Part shown: piece after piece, positions 9,727 through 19,113 of the stretch
Position numbering within the stretch: position 1 is the first letter of the stretch
Layout of the letters: every line of letters begins with the position of its first letter
Assembly: GCA_903957465.1 (NCBI GenBank)
Contig: CAJBPJ010000215.1
Span: 1 to 38,249, forward strand
Length of the DNA: 38,249 nucleotides
Direction of reading: 5' to 3'
From: an uncultured Opitutia bacterium
GTDB lineage: Bacteria > Verrucomicrobiota > Verrucomicrobiia > Opitutales > UBA953
Notes under the pieces: generated by a model
What the model was told of the DNA's origin: nothing
Database searches by the model: none
What the model saw: the letters and a program-made list of their open reading frames with translations, nothing else
Position numbers and translations under genes: made by a program

Positions 9727-10937
9727 TGTTGAATAACGGGTTTAACCACTGTTCTTCCTTGGTCGCGCAAAGCATTGAGCATCAAGCCAACTAGCATCCC
9801 AGAAACTACGAGGTTGGTGCCACCGTAACTAATGAAAGGTAATGCGATGCCTTTCGTGGGCAACAAGCCAGTGACGACTAACATGTTAACGAGCGCCTGT
9901 AATGTAAGGAAGAGCGAGCAACCCAGAGCTACGGCGAAACGAAATAGGTCCGTGCACCGACGAAGCTCCCGCATCACAATTAAGAAGATTGCTAAGTAGG
10001 TTAGTGCGACAAGGGCTGTCGCCAGTAAACCCCACTCTTCTCCAATAATCGTAAATACGAAGTCTGTATGCGCTTCGGGAAGATACGCACGCTGTTGCAT
10101 ACCATTGCCAGGACCAACACCCATGATTCCTCCACAAGCAAACGCCAACATCCCTTGGAAAAGCTGGTAGGCTTCATCACCTTGTCGTCCTTCGGGATCC
10201 ATGAACGACATGAAACGACGTAAGCGGTTTTCCCAATTCAACACCAAGAACGTAAATGCCGCACCTGCGATGACGAACGCCGTTGTCAAGTAGGACAAAC
10301 GGGCGCCGCACACAAAGAGCATCGCCGCACCGACCGCACAGCACAAAACAATCGTCCCAAGATCTGGTCCAAGTGCAATGCCTGCGCAGACCAGTAAGAC
10401 AGCACCAACAGGCTCAAGAAATCCTTCTTTTAAATCTCCCCAACCGCGGGGCGTAAACAAATAGGGCTCGCGCGAACTGAAGTGCCAAAAATTGCCACGG
10501 TAAGGCAATGTTCGACGCTGCATCCGAGCGAGTAAGTCAGCCAAAACAATGACCATAGCTATCTTTGCTAGATCAGAGGGCTGTAATCGGAAAAATCCGA
10601 AATCAATCCAGCGCCAAGAACCGTTGACCATTCTTCCGATGCCGGGAGTACGTGCAAGTAACAGCAAAAACATCACTGCACCCAGCACGTACCATCTAAC
10701 TGCACGCAATGCGTCGAGGTCGACGCGCCAAGCAAGCCATCCCATGAATAATGAGATGGGTACGTAAATAAGCTGGCGCGTGACCGCCGCAGTCGGCTCG
10801 CGCAGCGACATCGAGTAGCCCGCACTATACAGTGCGATCAGCCCGAATATCGCTAACGCGGCGACCAAGAAAGGGACGAACAAGGTAGCACGGACGACCC
10901 CTTGGGTCCTGCTACCTTGTTCGGCCTTAAACACCAT
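9723..10937 (-). CDS. ftsW: SEDS-family peptidoglycan polymerase FtsW
   Basis: 404-aa polytopic membrane protein. SEDS blocks: LQPSDLAKI, PEAHTDFVF, LPFISYGGTN. Sits in the dcw position upstream of murG. Confidence 0.85.
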   Translation of the reverse strand: MVFKAEQGSRTQGVVRATLFVPFLVAALAIFGLIALYSAGYSMSLREPTAAVTRQLIYVPISLFMGWLAWRVDLDALRAVRWYVLGAVMFLLLLARTPGIGRMVNGSWRWIDFGFFRLQPSDLAKIAMVIVLADLLARMQRRTLPYRGNFWHFSSREPYLFTPRGWGDLKEGFLEPVGAVLLVCAGIALGPDLGTIVLCCAVGAAMLFVCGARLSYLTTAFVIAGAAFTFLVLNWENRLRRFMSFMDPEGRQGDEAYQLFQGMLAFACGGIMGVGPGNGMQQRAYLPEAHTDFVFTIIGEEWGLLATALVALTYLAIFLIVMRELRRCTDLFRFAVALGCSLFLTLQALVNMLVVTGLLPTKGIALPFISYGGTNLVVSGMLVGLMLNALRDQGRTVVKPVIQQ

Positions 10938-10952
10938 ACGCGTTGCTAATAA

Positions 10953-11636
10953 TTAGCGTGTCTGGGTCGGTGCAGCTGGAGCGCCGCCGAAGCCTCCAAA
11001 GCCTCCCGCAGGAGCCGCCAGAGGTGAAGTCGACGCAGCAGGTGCGACGGGCTTCTTCTCTTCGGGTGCAGGTGCCGGAGCCTTTGGCTCTTCGGGTGCA
11101 GCCGCAGGAACGCCACCGAAACCACCAAAGCCACCTGCAGGTGCGGCCAAGGGCGAAGGGCCCGCAGGCGCAGAAGGAGCGGATGAACCTGTCGATTTTG
11201 CAGTTGTCGTTTTGCGAGCTGGCACAGGTGTTGAACCATCAGGAATGACAATCTTTTGGCCGACACGGAGGACTGTATTCTGTTCGATGTTATTCACCGC
11301 ACAAATTGCGTCGATGCTCACACCTTCACGGCGGGCAATGACCCAAAGGGATTCATTGGCGACGACAGTGTGCGTGCCACCTTTACCAACTGACCGAACA
11401 ACAGCGCCCGCAGGCTTACCTGTTACCGACATTGGTTTAGGTACTTCATTCATGCCCCCTAAAGTAGGGGCAGAGGACGACGAGGCAGCGCTTGCGCCGG
11501 CAACGCCGACGTAGGCACCGAGATTGCCGTCTTTCTCGTAGCCGGTAGTGGTTCGGCAGCCATTAACGCCGACAAGTACGGCGATAATTCCGAGGTGCAG
11601 AAGCACAACGGCACTGATGGTGAGCATGGGTCTCAT
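10953..11636 (-). CDS. LysM-domain (lipo)protein with Pro/Ala-rich tail and twin GGFGGFGG motifs
   Basis: 227 aa. N-terminal hydrophobic helix ends in a lipobox-like LVGVNGC. One LysM module: HTVVANESLWVIARREGVSIDAICAVNNIEQNTVLRVGQKIVIP. The low-complexity C-terminus contains SPLAAPAGGFGGFGG twice. ATG at 11636 (alternative ATG 11627). Confidence 0.75.
   Translation of the reverse strand: MRPMLTISAVVLLHLGIIAVLVGVNGCRTTTGYEKDGNLGAYVGVAGASAASSSSAPTLGGMNEVPKPMSVTGKPAGAVVRSVGKGGTHTVVANESLWVIARREGVSIDAICAVNNIEQNTVLRVGQKIVIPDGSTPVPARKTTTAKSTGSSAPSAPAGPSPLAAPAGGFGGFGGVPAAAPEEPKAPAPAPEEKKPVAPAASTSPLAAPAGGFGGFGGAPAAPTQTR
10983..11027 (-). repeat. Copy 2 of the 15-codon motif SPLAAPAGGFGGFGG inside the LysM gene
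   Basis: The reverse complement reads TCA CCT CTG GCG GCT CCT GCG GGA GGC TTT GGA GGC TTC GGC GGC. Confidence 0.9.
11112..11156 (-). repeat. Copy 1 of the 15-codon motif SPLAAPAGGFGGFGG inside the LysM gene
   Basis: The reverse complement reads TCG CCC TTG GCC GCA CCT GCA GGT GGC TTT GGT GGT TTC GGT GGC. The peptide is identical to copy 2, but 10 of 15 codons differ synonymously. Confidence 0.9.
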
Positions 11637-11683
11637 GGTAGTATGTATTTGGGTTATGTGTGTTTGGTATTCCTGGTGGAAAT

Positions 11684-12961
11684 TTATCGGGATTTCTGAG
11701 CCAAGCCGTGGGCTGCACGCTCAAAGACGAGACCGCGCTCGGCATAGCCGCGGAACATGTCGAAGCTGGAGAAGCCTGGACTCAGTAAAACAACGGTGCG
11801 CTGGGCCACATCGCGGGCGGCCGCAAGTGTCGCTTCCTCGAGCGTTCCATAGACTTTACTGGGACGTCCCAGCTCTTGGAATAAAGCGTGCAGCTCAGGT
11901 CCGGTTTCACCGACTAAGAAAGCAGATTCAATCACGCCCGAGAGTCGCTCAGCAAAACGTCGCATGTCCCCACCCTTCCATTTACCTCCACCAATCCAGC
12001 GAACTGGAGAAGTGAATTCATGGAGAGCAGCGAGCGTTGCGTGGAAATTAGTGCCCTTAGAGTCGTTCCAAAATTCTACCAAGCCAGCTTCGGCTACCTT
12101 GCGTAGACGGTGCGGTGAAAGTCGGAAAATCCGTGCAGCGCCTTCCAGCGTCTCCAACGGAAGTCCGCGCGCCTTCCAGTAAGCGGCCGCCAAAGCCCAG
12201 TTCTCGCGCTGGGGCCAGCTGTCAAACGGCGATCCTACTGGAATTGAATCCGCCACATCTTCGCGGCGGGCGATAATTGTGTCATCCGGAAGGCTAATCC
12301 CAAATGTCTTGGCTGCTTCAGCTACCGAAACACCTACAACCAATGGTCCAGCCGGAAGTAGACGTTCGACAAGTTTATGCTTAGCGCGGAAATATGTTTC
12401 CACGTCACCATGGCGATCCAGGTGATCTTCATCGAAGTTCGACCAAATAACTGCCTCAGGCGAAAAGTGCCGAAGATCTTCAGACTGGAATGAACTGACT
12501 TCAACAATCGGCAACAATCCGGCCACCGATGAATTTAAAGCAACGGCAGTTAACGGCAGCCCAACATTCCCACAGGCAATCGCATTTTGCCCGGCGCGTT
12601 TATGGGCAAAAGCCAAGAAATCAACTAGGGTAGTCTTCCCATTGGTACCCGTCACCGCAACCGCTGGTCCATCCCAGAGCAATGCACCAAAATCCAACTC
12701 CGAAAGGCAGAGACACCCCGCACGACGTGCCGCGAGAAGCCATGGATGGGTTTGTGCAAAACCAGGACTAATGACGACGAGGTCATGGCTGGCAGCTTCC
12801 GTAGCCCCGAAGGTAGCATGCGGACCACGCTCATCATAACTTATCGCTGACTTTCCAGCCGCTTGAAGCGCTTCAGCAATCGCACGCCCGCTCACGCCTG
12901 TACCCAAAATCGCGGCAGGACGATTCAGTCGGCGGAGTAGAATTTCGGGCAACTCAATCAT
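11684..12961 (-). CDS. murD: MurD, UDP-N-acetylmuramoyl-L-alanine--D-glutamate ligase
   Basis: N-terminal Rossmann motif ILGTGVSGRA. Mur ligase P-loop VTGTNGKTT. Sits in the dcw position after mraY, with an ATGA overlap with the mraY stop. Confidence 0.9.
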   Translation of the reverse strand: MIELPEILLRRLNRPAAILGTGVSGRAIAEALQAAGKSAISYDERGPHATFGATEAASHDLVVISPGFAQTHPWLLAARRAGCLCLSELDFGALLWDGPAVAVTGTNGKTTLVDFLAFAHKRAGQNAIACGNVGLPLTAVALNSSVAGLLPIVEVSSFQSEDLRHFSPEAVIWSNFDEDHLDRHGDVETYFRAKHKLVERLLPAGPLVVGVSVAEAAKTFGISLPDDTIIARREDVADSIPVGSPFDSWPQRENWALAAAYWKARGLPLETLEGAARIFRLSPHRLRKVAEAGLVEFWNDSKGTNFHATLAALHEFTSPVRWIGGGKWKGGDMRRFAERLSGVIESAFLVGETGPELHALFQELGRPSKVYGTLEEATLAAARDVAQRTVVLLSPGFSSFDMFRGYAERGLVFERAAHGLAQKSR

Positions 12962-14070
12962 CGGACTTTGAGTGAAAGCAAGCCGAGCAGGCCGCAGAGA
13001 AGTGAGAGGATCCAGAAACGGACAACGACCTTGGTCGCCGGCCAGCCAAGTTTCTGGAAGTGGTGATGAATGGGCGTCATCAGGAACAAACGCTTCCCAC
13101 CCGTCGTCTTAAAATAGGCGACCTGAAGGATGACGGAAATTGCTTCGACCACGAAGACGCCACCCGCAATGGCTAAAAGGAATGGTTGATGGATCACACA
13201 CGCAGTCACACCAAGGAAACCGCCAACACCAAGGGCGCCGACATCCCCCATATAAATAGTAGCCGGCGAGGCATTGTGCCAAAGGAAGACTAAAGCACCA
13301 CCCGCCAAGGCACAGCAAACTACACCGAGTTCGCCGGCACCAATGACGTGTCGAAGTTGCAGGTATTCGGCGTGACGAATGTCGCCCACTAAGTAAGCAA
13401 CGACAGCCAGAACCAAGGTTGTCGTGAGTACGCAACCAATCGCCAGTCCATCAAGACCGTCCGTTAAGTTAACGGCGTTCGAGGAACCGACTGCAACAAG
13501 TGAGAAGAAAATGCCCGCCACACAGAGTACGCTCGCCAGTGAAAGACCGAATACCCCTGGGGACCAAATCGGTTGCTTCAGCATAGGCACCCAAATTTCT
13601 GCCATCATCAATTGTCGACTCGTATCCAGTAGCAGCACGCCGAATGCCAATGCCGCTACCACAAATTGAAGTCCTAATTTCCGACGAGCGGAAATACCAT
13701 CGGCACTGCCGTGGCGAATCTTTAGCCAATCATCATACCAGCCGATCGCGCCCATGCCAATGAAGGCAATCAAAGCTGCTATCACGAGTAGATTCCACTT
13801 AACCCAAAGCAGCACTGCAGGCAGCATCGCTGCGGCAATCAACAACCCTCCCATCGTCGGGACCAGTCCTCCTTGCTTGGCGAGCTCACCCATCAGACGC
13901 GCATCGCGCTCGGGCTGACGAAGCTTCGCTAATGCACGCAGAATAGGTCCAGAAAGAGCCAGCCCAATCACGAGTGCCGTGATGAAGGCAAAGATCATTC
14001 GCACCGACAGGTAGTCAAAGAGCCGGAAAGGCCCCCAAAGTTTTTCAAGTTCGGTTAAACGGTAAAGCAT
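12958..14070 (-). CDS. mraY: MraY, phospho-N-acetylmuramoyl-pentapeptide transferase
   Basis: 370-aa polytopic membrane protein. Motifs: NAVNLTDGLDGLA, MGDVGALGVGG, and the HHHF block (PIHHHFQKLGW). Confidence 0.9.
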   Translation of the reverse strand: MLYRLTELEKLWGPFRLFDYLSVRMIFAFITALVIGLALSGPILRALAKLRQPERDARLMGELAKQGGLVPTMGGLLIAAAMLPAVLLWVKWNLLVIAALIAFIGMGAIGWYDDWLKIRHGSADGISARRKLGLQFVVAALAFGVLLLDTSRQLMMAEIWVPMLKQPIWSPGVFGLSLASVLCVAGIFFSLVAVGSSNAVNLTDGLDGLAIGCVLTTTLVLAVVAYLVGDIRHAEYLQLRHVIGAGELGVVCCALAGGALVFLWHNASPATIYMGDVGALGVGGFLGVTACVIHQPFLLAIAGGVFVVEAISVILQVAYFKTTGGKRLFLMTPIHHHFQKLGWPATKVVVRFWILSLLCGLLGLLSLKVR

Positions 14071-14071
14071 C

Positions 14072-15430
14072 TCAGTGGAATCCTAAGGTTTTCCGGAGTG
14101 CTTCCGGCAGTGCACGTTCAAGGGCGTGCGCACGACTTCCCTTTAATAGAACAGGCCCACGGTGAGCCTGAATTGCCGCAGCTAACTCTGCGTGATTCGC
14201 GGCAACGCGTCCGGCACAGACCGCAGCGAGCGCAGGGGCATCACCGCCATAAACAATAACGTGGTCGCCTGGGCTAAGCGGCAAAGCGCGACCCGCATCT
14301 TGATGAAGCTGAATAGATTCGGTACCCAATTCGGCCATACCGCCTAAGACAAAGAGGCGCGGGCCTTTTGTTTGACGCACAAAAGTCTGGGCAGCATCGG
14401 CCAATGAAGCCGGGCTCGCATTGTAACAGTCGATATAAAGCGGGTGTCCTGAAAAATCGTGGACCGAGCCTCTTCCCGAAAGTGGCCGCCAAGCAGAAAG
14501 AGCCTTGGCGATGTCGGCAGACTTTGCGCCAGATCGTAAAGCTGCGAGACCAGCTAATGCAGCGTTGTAGCCTTGGCCCTGTGAAATGGGCCCAAGTTCG
14601 ACACTGAATTCACCGAGTTCTGGATCACGAATTTGTAAGCGCCACCCTTGGTTAACCGACTGTAGGCTATAGCGAGCAGTACGGCGTACGCCAACGGGCG
14701 CAGTCTTTCCTTCTTCACAGAGCGCGACGCACTGTCCACGCAGATTATCAAATGCTTTGAATTGAAGTGTCTCTGCTAAAACGAACGCTTCACCGTCTTT
14801 CGAGAGTGCACGGATTAATTCAGACTTCTCCTGAGCAACACCGTCAATGGAGCCACAGCCCTCAAGATGAGCCGCGCGAACATTCGTTACGACGGCAACA
14901 TCTGGACGTAGCACGCGCGCAGAAATCGCGAGTTCACCCGGCTCACTCATGCCGACTTCAATAACGGCTGCATCGTGAAGTGCTGGGTCTGCCTGCAAAA
15001 TGGCCAACGGCACACCTAGAGTGTTATTTAAATTTGCTTGGGTTGCATACGCACGAGCGCCGAGTGCTTGCCGTAGCATTTCCTTCACGGAAGTCTTTCC
15101 AACGCTTCCCGTCACCCCCACAAAAGGCATCTTGAGGGTTGAGCGCCAAGCCGAGGCAACACGTTGTAAGCCAAGAAGCGCATCATCCACCACGAGTTGT
15201 GGTAACGGGTCGACGACCTTGCGTGAAACTAACGCACATGATGCGCCGTGTGTTCGTGCATCATGGAGGAAATCATGTCCGTCGCGACGGACTGTACGCA
15301 GAGCGACAAAAACGTCCCCTGGTGAAAGCACGCGCGTGTCATTACCAAATCCAGTGATGCGGGATGGGGCCTCGCCTACCCATTGTCCCGAAGACCACGA
15401 CGCAAGTAATGTAGAGTCGAAGTTCGGCAT
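14072..15430 (-). CDS. murF: MurF, UDP-MurNAc-tripeptide--D-alanyl-D-alanine ligase
   Basis: Mur ligase P-loop GVTGSVGKTS. Sits between murE and mraY. Start set at ATG 15430 (MPNFDSTLL..), 1 nt after the murE stop. The ORF-track start at 15544 overlaps murE by 113 nt. Confidence 0.85.
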   Translation of the reverse strand: MPNFDSTLLASWSSGQWVGEAPSRITGFGNDTRVLSPGDVFVALRTVRRDGHDFLHDARTHGASCALVSRKVVDPLPQLVVDDALLGLQRVASAWRSTLKMPFVGVTGSVGKTSVKEMLRQALGARAYATQANLNNTLGVPLAILQADPALHDAAVIEVGMSEPGELAISARVLRPDVAVVTNVRAAHLEGCGSIDGVAQEKSELIRALSKDGEAFVLAETLQFKAFDNLRGQCVALCEEGKTAPVGVRRTARYSLQSVNQGWRLQIRDPELGEFSVELGPISQGQGYNAALAGLAALRSGAKSADIAKALSAWRPLSGRGSVHDFSGHPLYIDCYNASPASLADAAQTFVRQTKGPRLFVLGGMAELGTESIQLHQDAGRALPLSPGDHVIVYGGDAPALAAVCAGRVAANHAELAAAIQAHRGPVLLKGSRAHALERALPEALRKTLGFH

Positions 15431-15431
15431 C

Positions 15432-16940
15432 TTAGGCACGGCGTAATTGAAGGTTACGCAAGACGTCGCGGGCGACCTGGCGGTCGTCAAAGGGCACAAC
15501 AGTTTCTGCAAATTCTTGAGTTGTTTCGTGTCCCTTACCTGCAATCAGGACACAGTCGCCGTTCTTTGCGTCTGCACAGGCACGGGCAATCGCTTCACGT
15601 CGATCCGCAACAAATTCCATAACGCCCGGGGCGCCTGCACCCGGCCGCATGTCATCAAAGATAACTTCCAGTGATTCACGACGTGGGTTATCCGCCGTTG
15701 CCCAAGCACGGTGTGCAAGTTCAGCCACCGCTTGGGTCATCACCAGCCGCTTACCGCGGTCACGATTGCCACCACAACCAAACACGCAAAGTACGCGGCC
15801 TGGCGTAATTGCACGCAGCATGCCGAGCGCATTGCGCAACGCATCATCGGTATGTGCGTAGTCTACAAAGACAGGAAAAACTTGTCCGGCTTCAACCCGT
15901 TCCATGCGCCCTGAAACGCCGGGGAAAGATTCTACCGCCGCAGCGAGTGCGAGTGGATCATGCCCGAGCGCAGCGGCACAGCCGAGGGCACAAAGGATAT
16001 TGGAGACATTATAGGTGCCCGGAAGACGTGAAGTGAAACTGGCGGTACGACCTTTCCAGGTTACCTCAAATGATGCCCCTTCTAAGGTTAACGCGGTCGT
16101 TCTCGCCCGCAAATCACACCCAGCACTCAAGCCAAATGTCAGCACAACGGATGGGGCTGCTAATCGTGCTAATTCAGCGCTCGCCGGGTCATCTGCATTT
16201 AAGACGACCGTGTGCGGACGTACTCCCAGCGATCCATCAAATAGACGCGCTTTGGCTTGTAAGTACCGCGTGAGGTCGCCGTGGTAGTCGATATGGTCGC
16301 GTGTGAGGTTGGTAAATGCAGCGACAGAGAAATGATACCCATGCACACGGTCTTGCTCGAGCGCATGAGAGCTTACTTCTAAACACGCACCGACACAGTT
16401 GGCGTCGACCATTTGCCTAAAGAATATTGCCAAATCTGCGGACTCGGGAGTTGTCTTGTAGGAGGGAATGGAGCGCGCACCTAATTGGTAGCGTACGGTT
16501 CCAATAAGCCCCCAAGACTTATGCTCAGCTTGCTCAAGTAAATGGCGTAACAATGTCGTTACGGTCGTCTTCCCGTTGGTGCCTGTGACGGCGGCTAAAC
16601 GTAGCGCTGTTTCGGGATGCCCATAAAAACGCCGTGAGACTTCGGCTAAAACCTTACGCGGTTCCGCAACTTGTGCCGCATCCGCACCAGGTATGCCCTC
16701 AACCGGGTGTGCAGAAATAATAGCGGCAGCTCCGCGAGCAACCGCTTCATTTACAAATGCATGCCCCTGCGAACGGATACCATCGAGTGCAAAAAAGAGC
16801 GCTCCCGGTACCATGCGTCGACTATCCGTGACAATAGCGGTGATGCGATTATGCCACATTCCAGATCGACCTAAGGTCGGTATGCCTTTGAGAAGCGTCG
16901 TCAGGGACGCGTGCTCCATCGTAGCGTGGGCTGCACTCAT
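15432..16940 (-). CDS. murE: MurE, UDP-MurNAc-L-Ala-D-Glu--2,6-diaminopimelate ligase
   Basis: P-loop VTGTNGKTT. The DNPR motif (TADNPRRE) is characteristic of meso-DAP-adding MurE enzymes. ATGA overlap with the ftsI stop. Confidence 0.9.
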   Translation of the reverse strand: MSAAHATMEHASLTTLLKGIPTLGRSGMWHNRITAIVTDSRRMVPGALFFALDGIRSQGHAFVNEAVARGAAAIISAHPVEGIPGADAAQVAEPRKVLAEVSRRFYGHPETALRLAAVTGTNGKTTVTTLLRHLLEQAEHKSWGLIGTVRYQLGARSIPSYKTTPESADLAIFFRQMVDANCVGACLEVSSHALEQDRVHGYHFSVAAFTNLTRDHIDYHGDLTRYLQAKARLFDGSLGVRPHTVVLNADDPASAELARLAAPSVVLTFGLSAGCDLRARTTALTLEGASFEVTWKGRTASFTSRLPGTYNVSNILCALGCAAALGHDPLALAAAVESFPGVSGRMERVEAGQVFPVFVDYAHTDDALRNALGMLRAITPGRVLCVFGCGGNRDRGKRLVMTQAVAELAHRAWATADNPRRESLEVIFDDMRPGAGAPGVMEFVADRREAIARACADAKNGDCVLIAGKGHETTQEFAETVVPFDDRQVARDVLRNLQLRRA

Positions 16941-18739
16941 CGTTCAGCAAAACTGCGGGTTGGCGCAGTCGACACGGGGGGAATTTCTAACCGTTTAATA
17001 CACCGCTCGGCAATCCGACGGAAAATGGGGGCAGAAACTTTACCGCCGTAGGCCACCCCAGGCATATTCGGCTCGTCTACGACCACCGTGATGGCAATGC
17101 GCGGATTGGATGCAGGGAAAAATCCTGAGAAAGATGCAACGTGCTTGGTTGTCGAGTAACGTCCGTCGACAAGCTTCTGGGTTGTCCCGGTTTTACCAGC
17201 GACATCGTAACCTGGAATCGCTGCATCCGGTGCCGTGCCTTCCTTTGAACAAACCGCTCGCAGCAAATCGGCGAGTTCATGCGCGGCACCCGCAGAGACT
17301 GCCCGGCCATGAATTCTCGGACTGTATTCAACCGAAATTGAGCCATCAGGATTTAATACTCGGCCAACAATCAACGGCCGCATCAACAAGCCGTCTGCAG
17401 CAATCGACGACATTGCCATGTGCATCTGGATGGGTGTCACGCTGATGGAGTGCCCCATCGGCAAACGCGAAATTGTTAAACCGTCCCACCGGGAAACCGG
17501 ACTTAATAAACCGCGGACTTCACCCCCATTACAGGCAATGCCGGTTTCGTCTCCAAATCCAAAAGCGTGGATGAGTTCAAAGTAGCGAGCTTCCCCCAAT
17601 GATTCTGCGTAACGCATACCAACCTGGACGGTACCGCGATTCGAAGACTCGCTGACAATCCGACTAATATCCGCTGAGCCCATGTGGTGCGAATCTGCCG
17701 GCATCGAAACCATACGCCCGCGATACGGTACGATATCAGACGAGCAGTTAAAAACTGAACGACGCGTAATAATACCTGCTTGCAGAGCGCCCGCGATCGT
17801 CACGATTTTGAAAACTGAGCCAGGCTCATACAGATCTGCTAAAGCTCGGTTGCGCTGCGAATCCAGCGGCGAAGCCTTGCGATCAGAGTACCGGTTTAAA
17901 TCAAAAGTCGGTGAACATGCTAATGCTAGAATCTTACCTGTACGCGGCTCACTGACAATTACCACGGCGCCTTTAGGCTGATACGCTGCGACGACTTCAG
18001 ATAATTCTTGTTCACAAAAACTCTGAATGACGGAGTCGACGGTTAACTCGATAGTCTGACCGTTGACCGCAGGGACATCCCGCAAACGTCGGGCAACAAC
18101 TTCGCGGCGACGACCATCACGCTCAGACTCAATCCAGCCATCCTGGCCTTTTAATAAATCATTAAACGATTTCTCCACGCCGCTTACCGCATCGCCATCT
18201 TGATTGATATAGCCAACAACATGGGCAGCGAGAGAACCCTGCGGGTACGTCCGGCGGAATTTTTCTTCGCAATAGAGCGCCTTAATACGAAAAGCCTCTA
18301 TCGCACGTTTAGAGGTTTCGTTGACTTCCTTGGAGAGAACAATCCAGCGCACCTCGCGGCGTGTGCCATCAGGAGTTGTGGGTTCACGCCAACGACTCGA
18401 TTCCGACATCGCCAGCACGACTTTAGACGTCGGTATATTCAGCAGCTTTGCTATCTCGACAGCACGCCCGCGGTCTTCAGGCAAAACGCATTGCGGATCG
18501 ATACCGACATCCCAAACCGTATCCGAAGCAGCGAGAAGATTTCCCTGACGATCCCGAATCTCACCTCGACGACTGGGGTGCTTGGTAACTTCGCGACGAG
18601 CTTCAATCGCATGGGCACGCAAACGCGGGCCATCAATCGCGTGAAGTTGTACCAACTTCCAAAGAAGTGCGCCGAATCCCAGCAAGACGAGGCACACCAA
18701 GGCGTGGAATCGAAAACGCCTGGCGTGAGTCAGGCTCAT
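16937..18739 (-). CDS. ftsI: Class B penicillin-binding protein FtsI (PBP3-type transpeptidase)
   Basis: N-terminal TM segment (FHALVCLVLLGFGALLW). Transpeptidase motifs SxxK (GSVFK), SxN (SSN) and KTG (AGKTGTT). Confidence 0.9.
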   Translation of the reverse strand: MSLTHARRFRFHALVCLVLLGFGALLWKLVQLHAIDGPRLRAHAIEARREVTKHPSRRGEIRDRQGNLLAASDTVWDVGIDPQCVLPEDRGRAVEIAKLLNIPTSKVVLAMSESSRWREPTTPDGTRREVRWIVLSKEVNETSKRAIEAFRIKALYCEEKFRRTYPQGSLAAHVVGYINQDGDAVSGVEKSFNDLLKGQDGWIESERDGRRREVVARRLRDVPAVNGQTIELTVDSVIQSFCEQELSEVVAAYQPKGAVVIVSEPRTGKILALACSPTFDLNRYSDRKASPLDSQRNRALADLYEPGSVFKIVTIAGALQAGIITRRSVFNCSSDIVPYRGRMVSMPADSHHMGSADISRIVSESSNRGTVQVGMRYAESLGEARYFELIHAFGFGDETGIACNGGEVRGLLSPVSRWDGLTISRLPMGHSISVTPIQMHMAMSSIAADGLLMRPLIVGRVLNPDGSISVEYSPRIHGRAVSAGAAHELADLLRAVCSKEGTAPDAAIPGYDVAGKTGTTQKLVDGRYSTTKHVASFSGFFPASNPRIAITVVVDEPNMPGVAYGGKVSAPIFRRIAERCIKRLEIPPVSTAPTRSFAER

Positions 18740-19113
18740 CGCAGGACACCCCCACCTTGATCAACAGGCTCTCGCACCGCACTATCCAGTGCAGCCATGC
18801 GTGGATTTAGGATCGCACTCGTAGCGGGATGTACAAAAGCAGGTCGCACCCAAATGACTTGGGTCGGCTCAGGTGGACGCAGGTCTTCACCCACACGTCG
18901 CTCAAGACTCAGTACGTCTTGGGCCTTGCTCCGCTCGCGCTCAATATAGGCTAACTCTTTTCGTCGCTCTTCAGTGGTTCTTTCGATCCGACGAATACGT
19001 TGACCGACTTCATCGGCTTGTAGCCGGACCTGCATCATCACAACCACGCCCACAACGCCCAAGGCAATCGTCGCAAATACGAAAAAGACTGCCCATGAAC
19101 GCAGTGAACTCAT
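18736..19113 (-). CDS. ftsL: FtsL-like small bitopic division protein
   Basis: 125 aa. One TM segment (WAVFFVFATIALGVVGVVVMM) followed by a charged coiled-coil-like segment. Sits between rsmH and ftsI, with ATGA overlaps on both sides. The call rests on position and architecture. Confidence 0.6.
   Translation of the reverse strand: MSSLRSWAVFFVFATIALGVVGVVVMMQVRLQADEVGQRIRRIERTTEERRKELAYIERERSKAQDVLSLERRVGEDLRPPEPTQVIWVRPAFVHPATSAILNPRMAALDSAVREPVDQGGGVLR

Noticed and set aside
10943-11266. 101-aa (+) and 106-aa (-) ORFs overlapping the LysM gene tail
   Set aside because: They are confined to the Pro/Ala/Gly-rich repeat DNA. The 227-aa frame carries the signal/lipobox and LysM domain. The alternatives are compositional artefacts.
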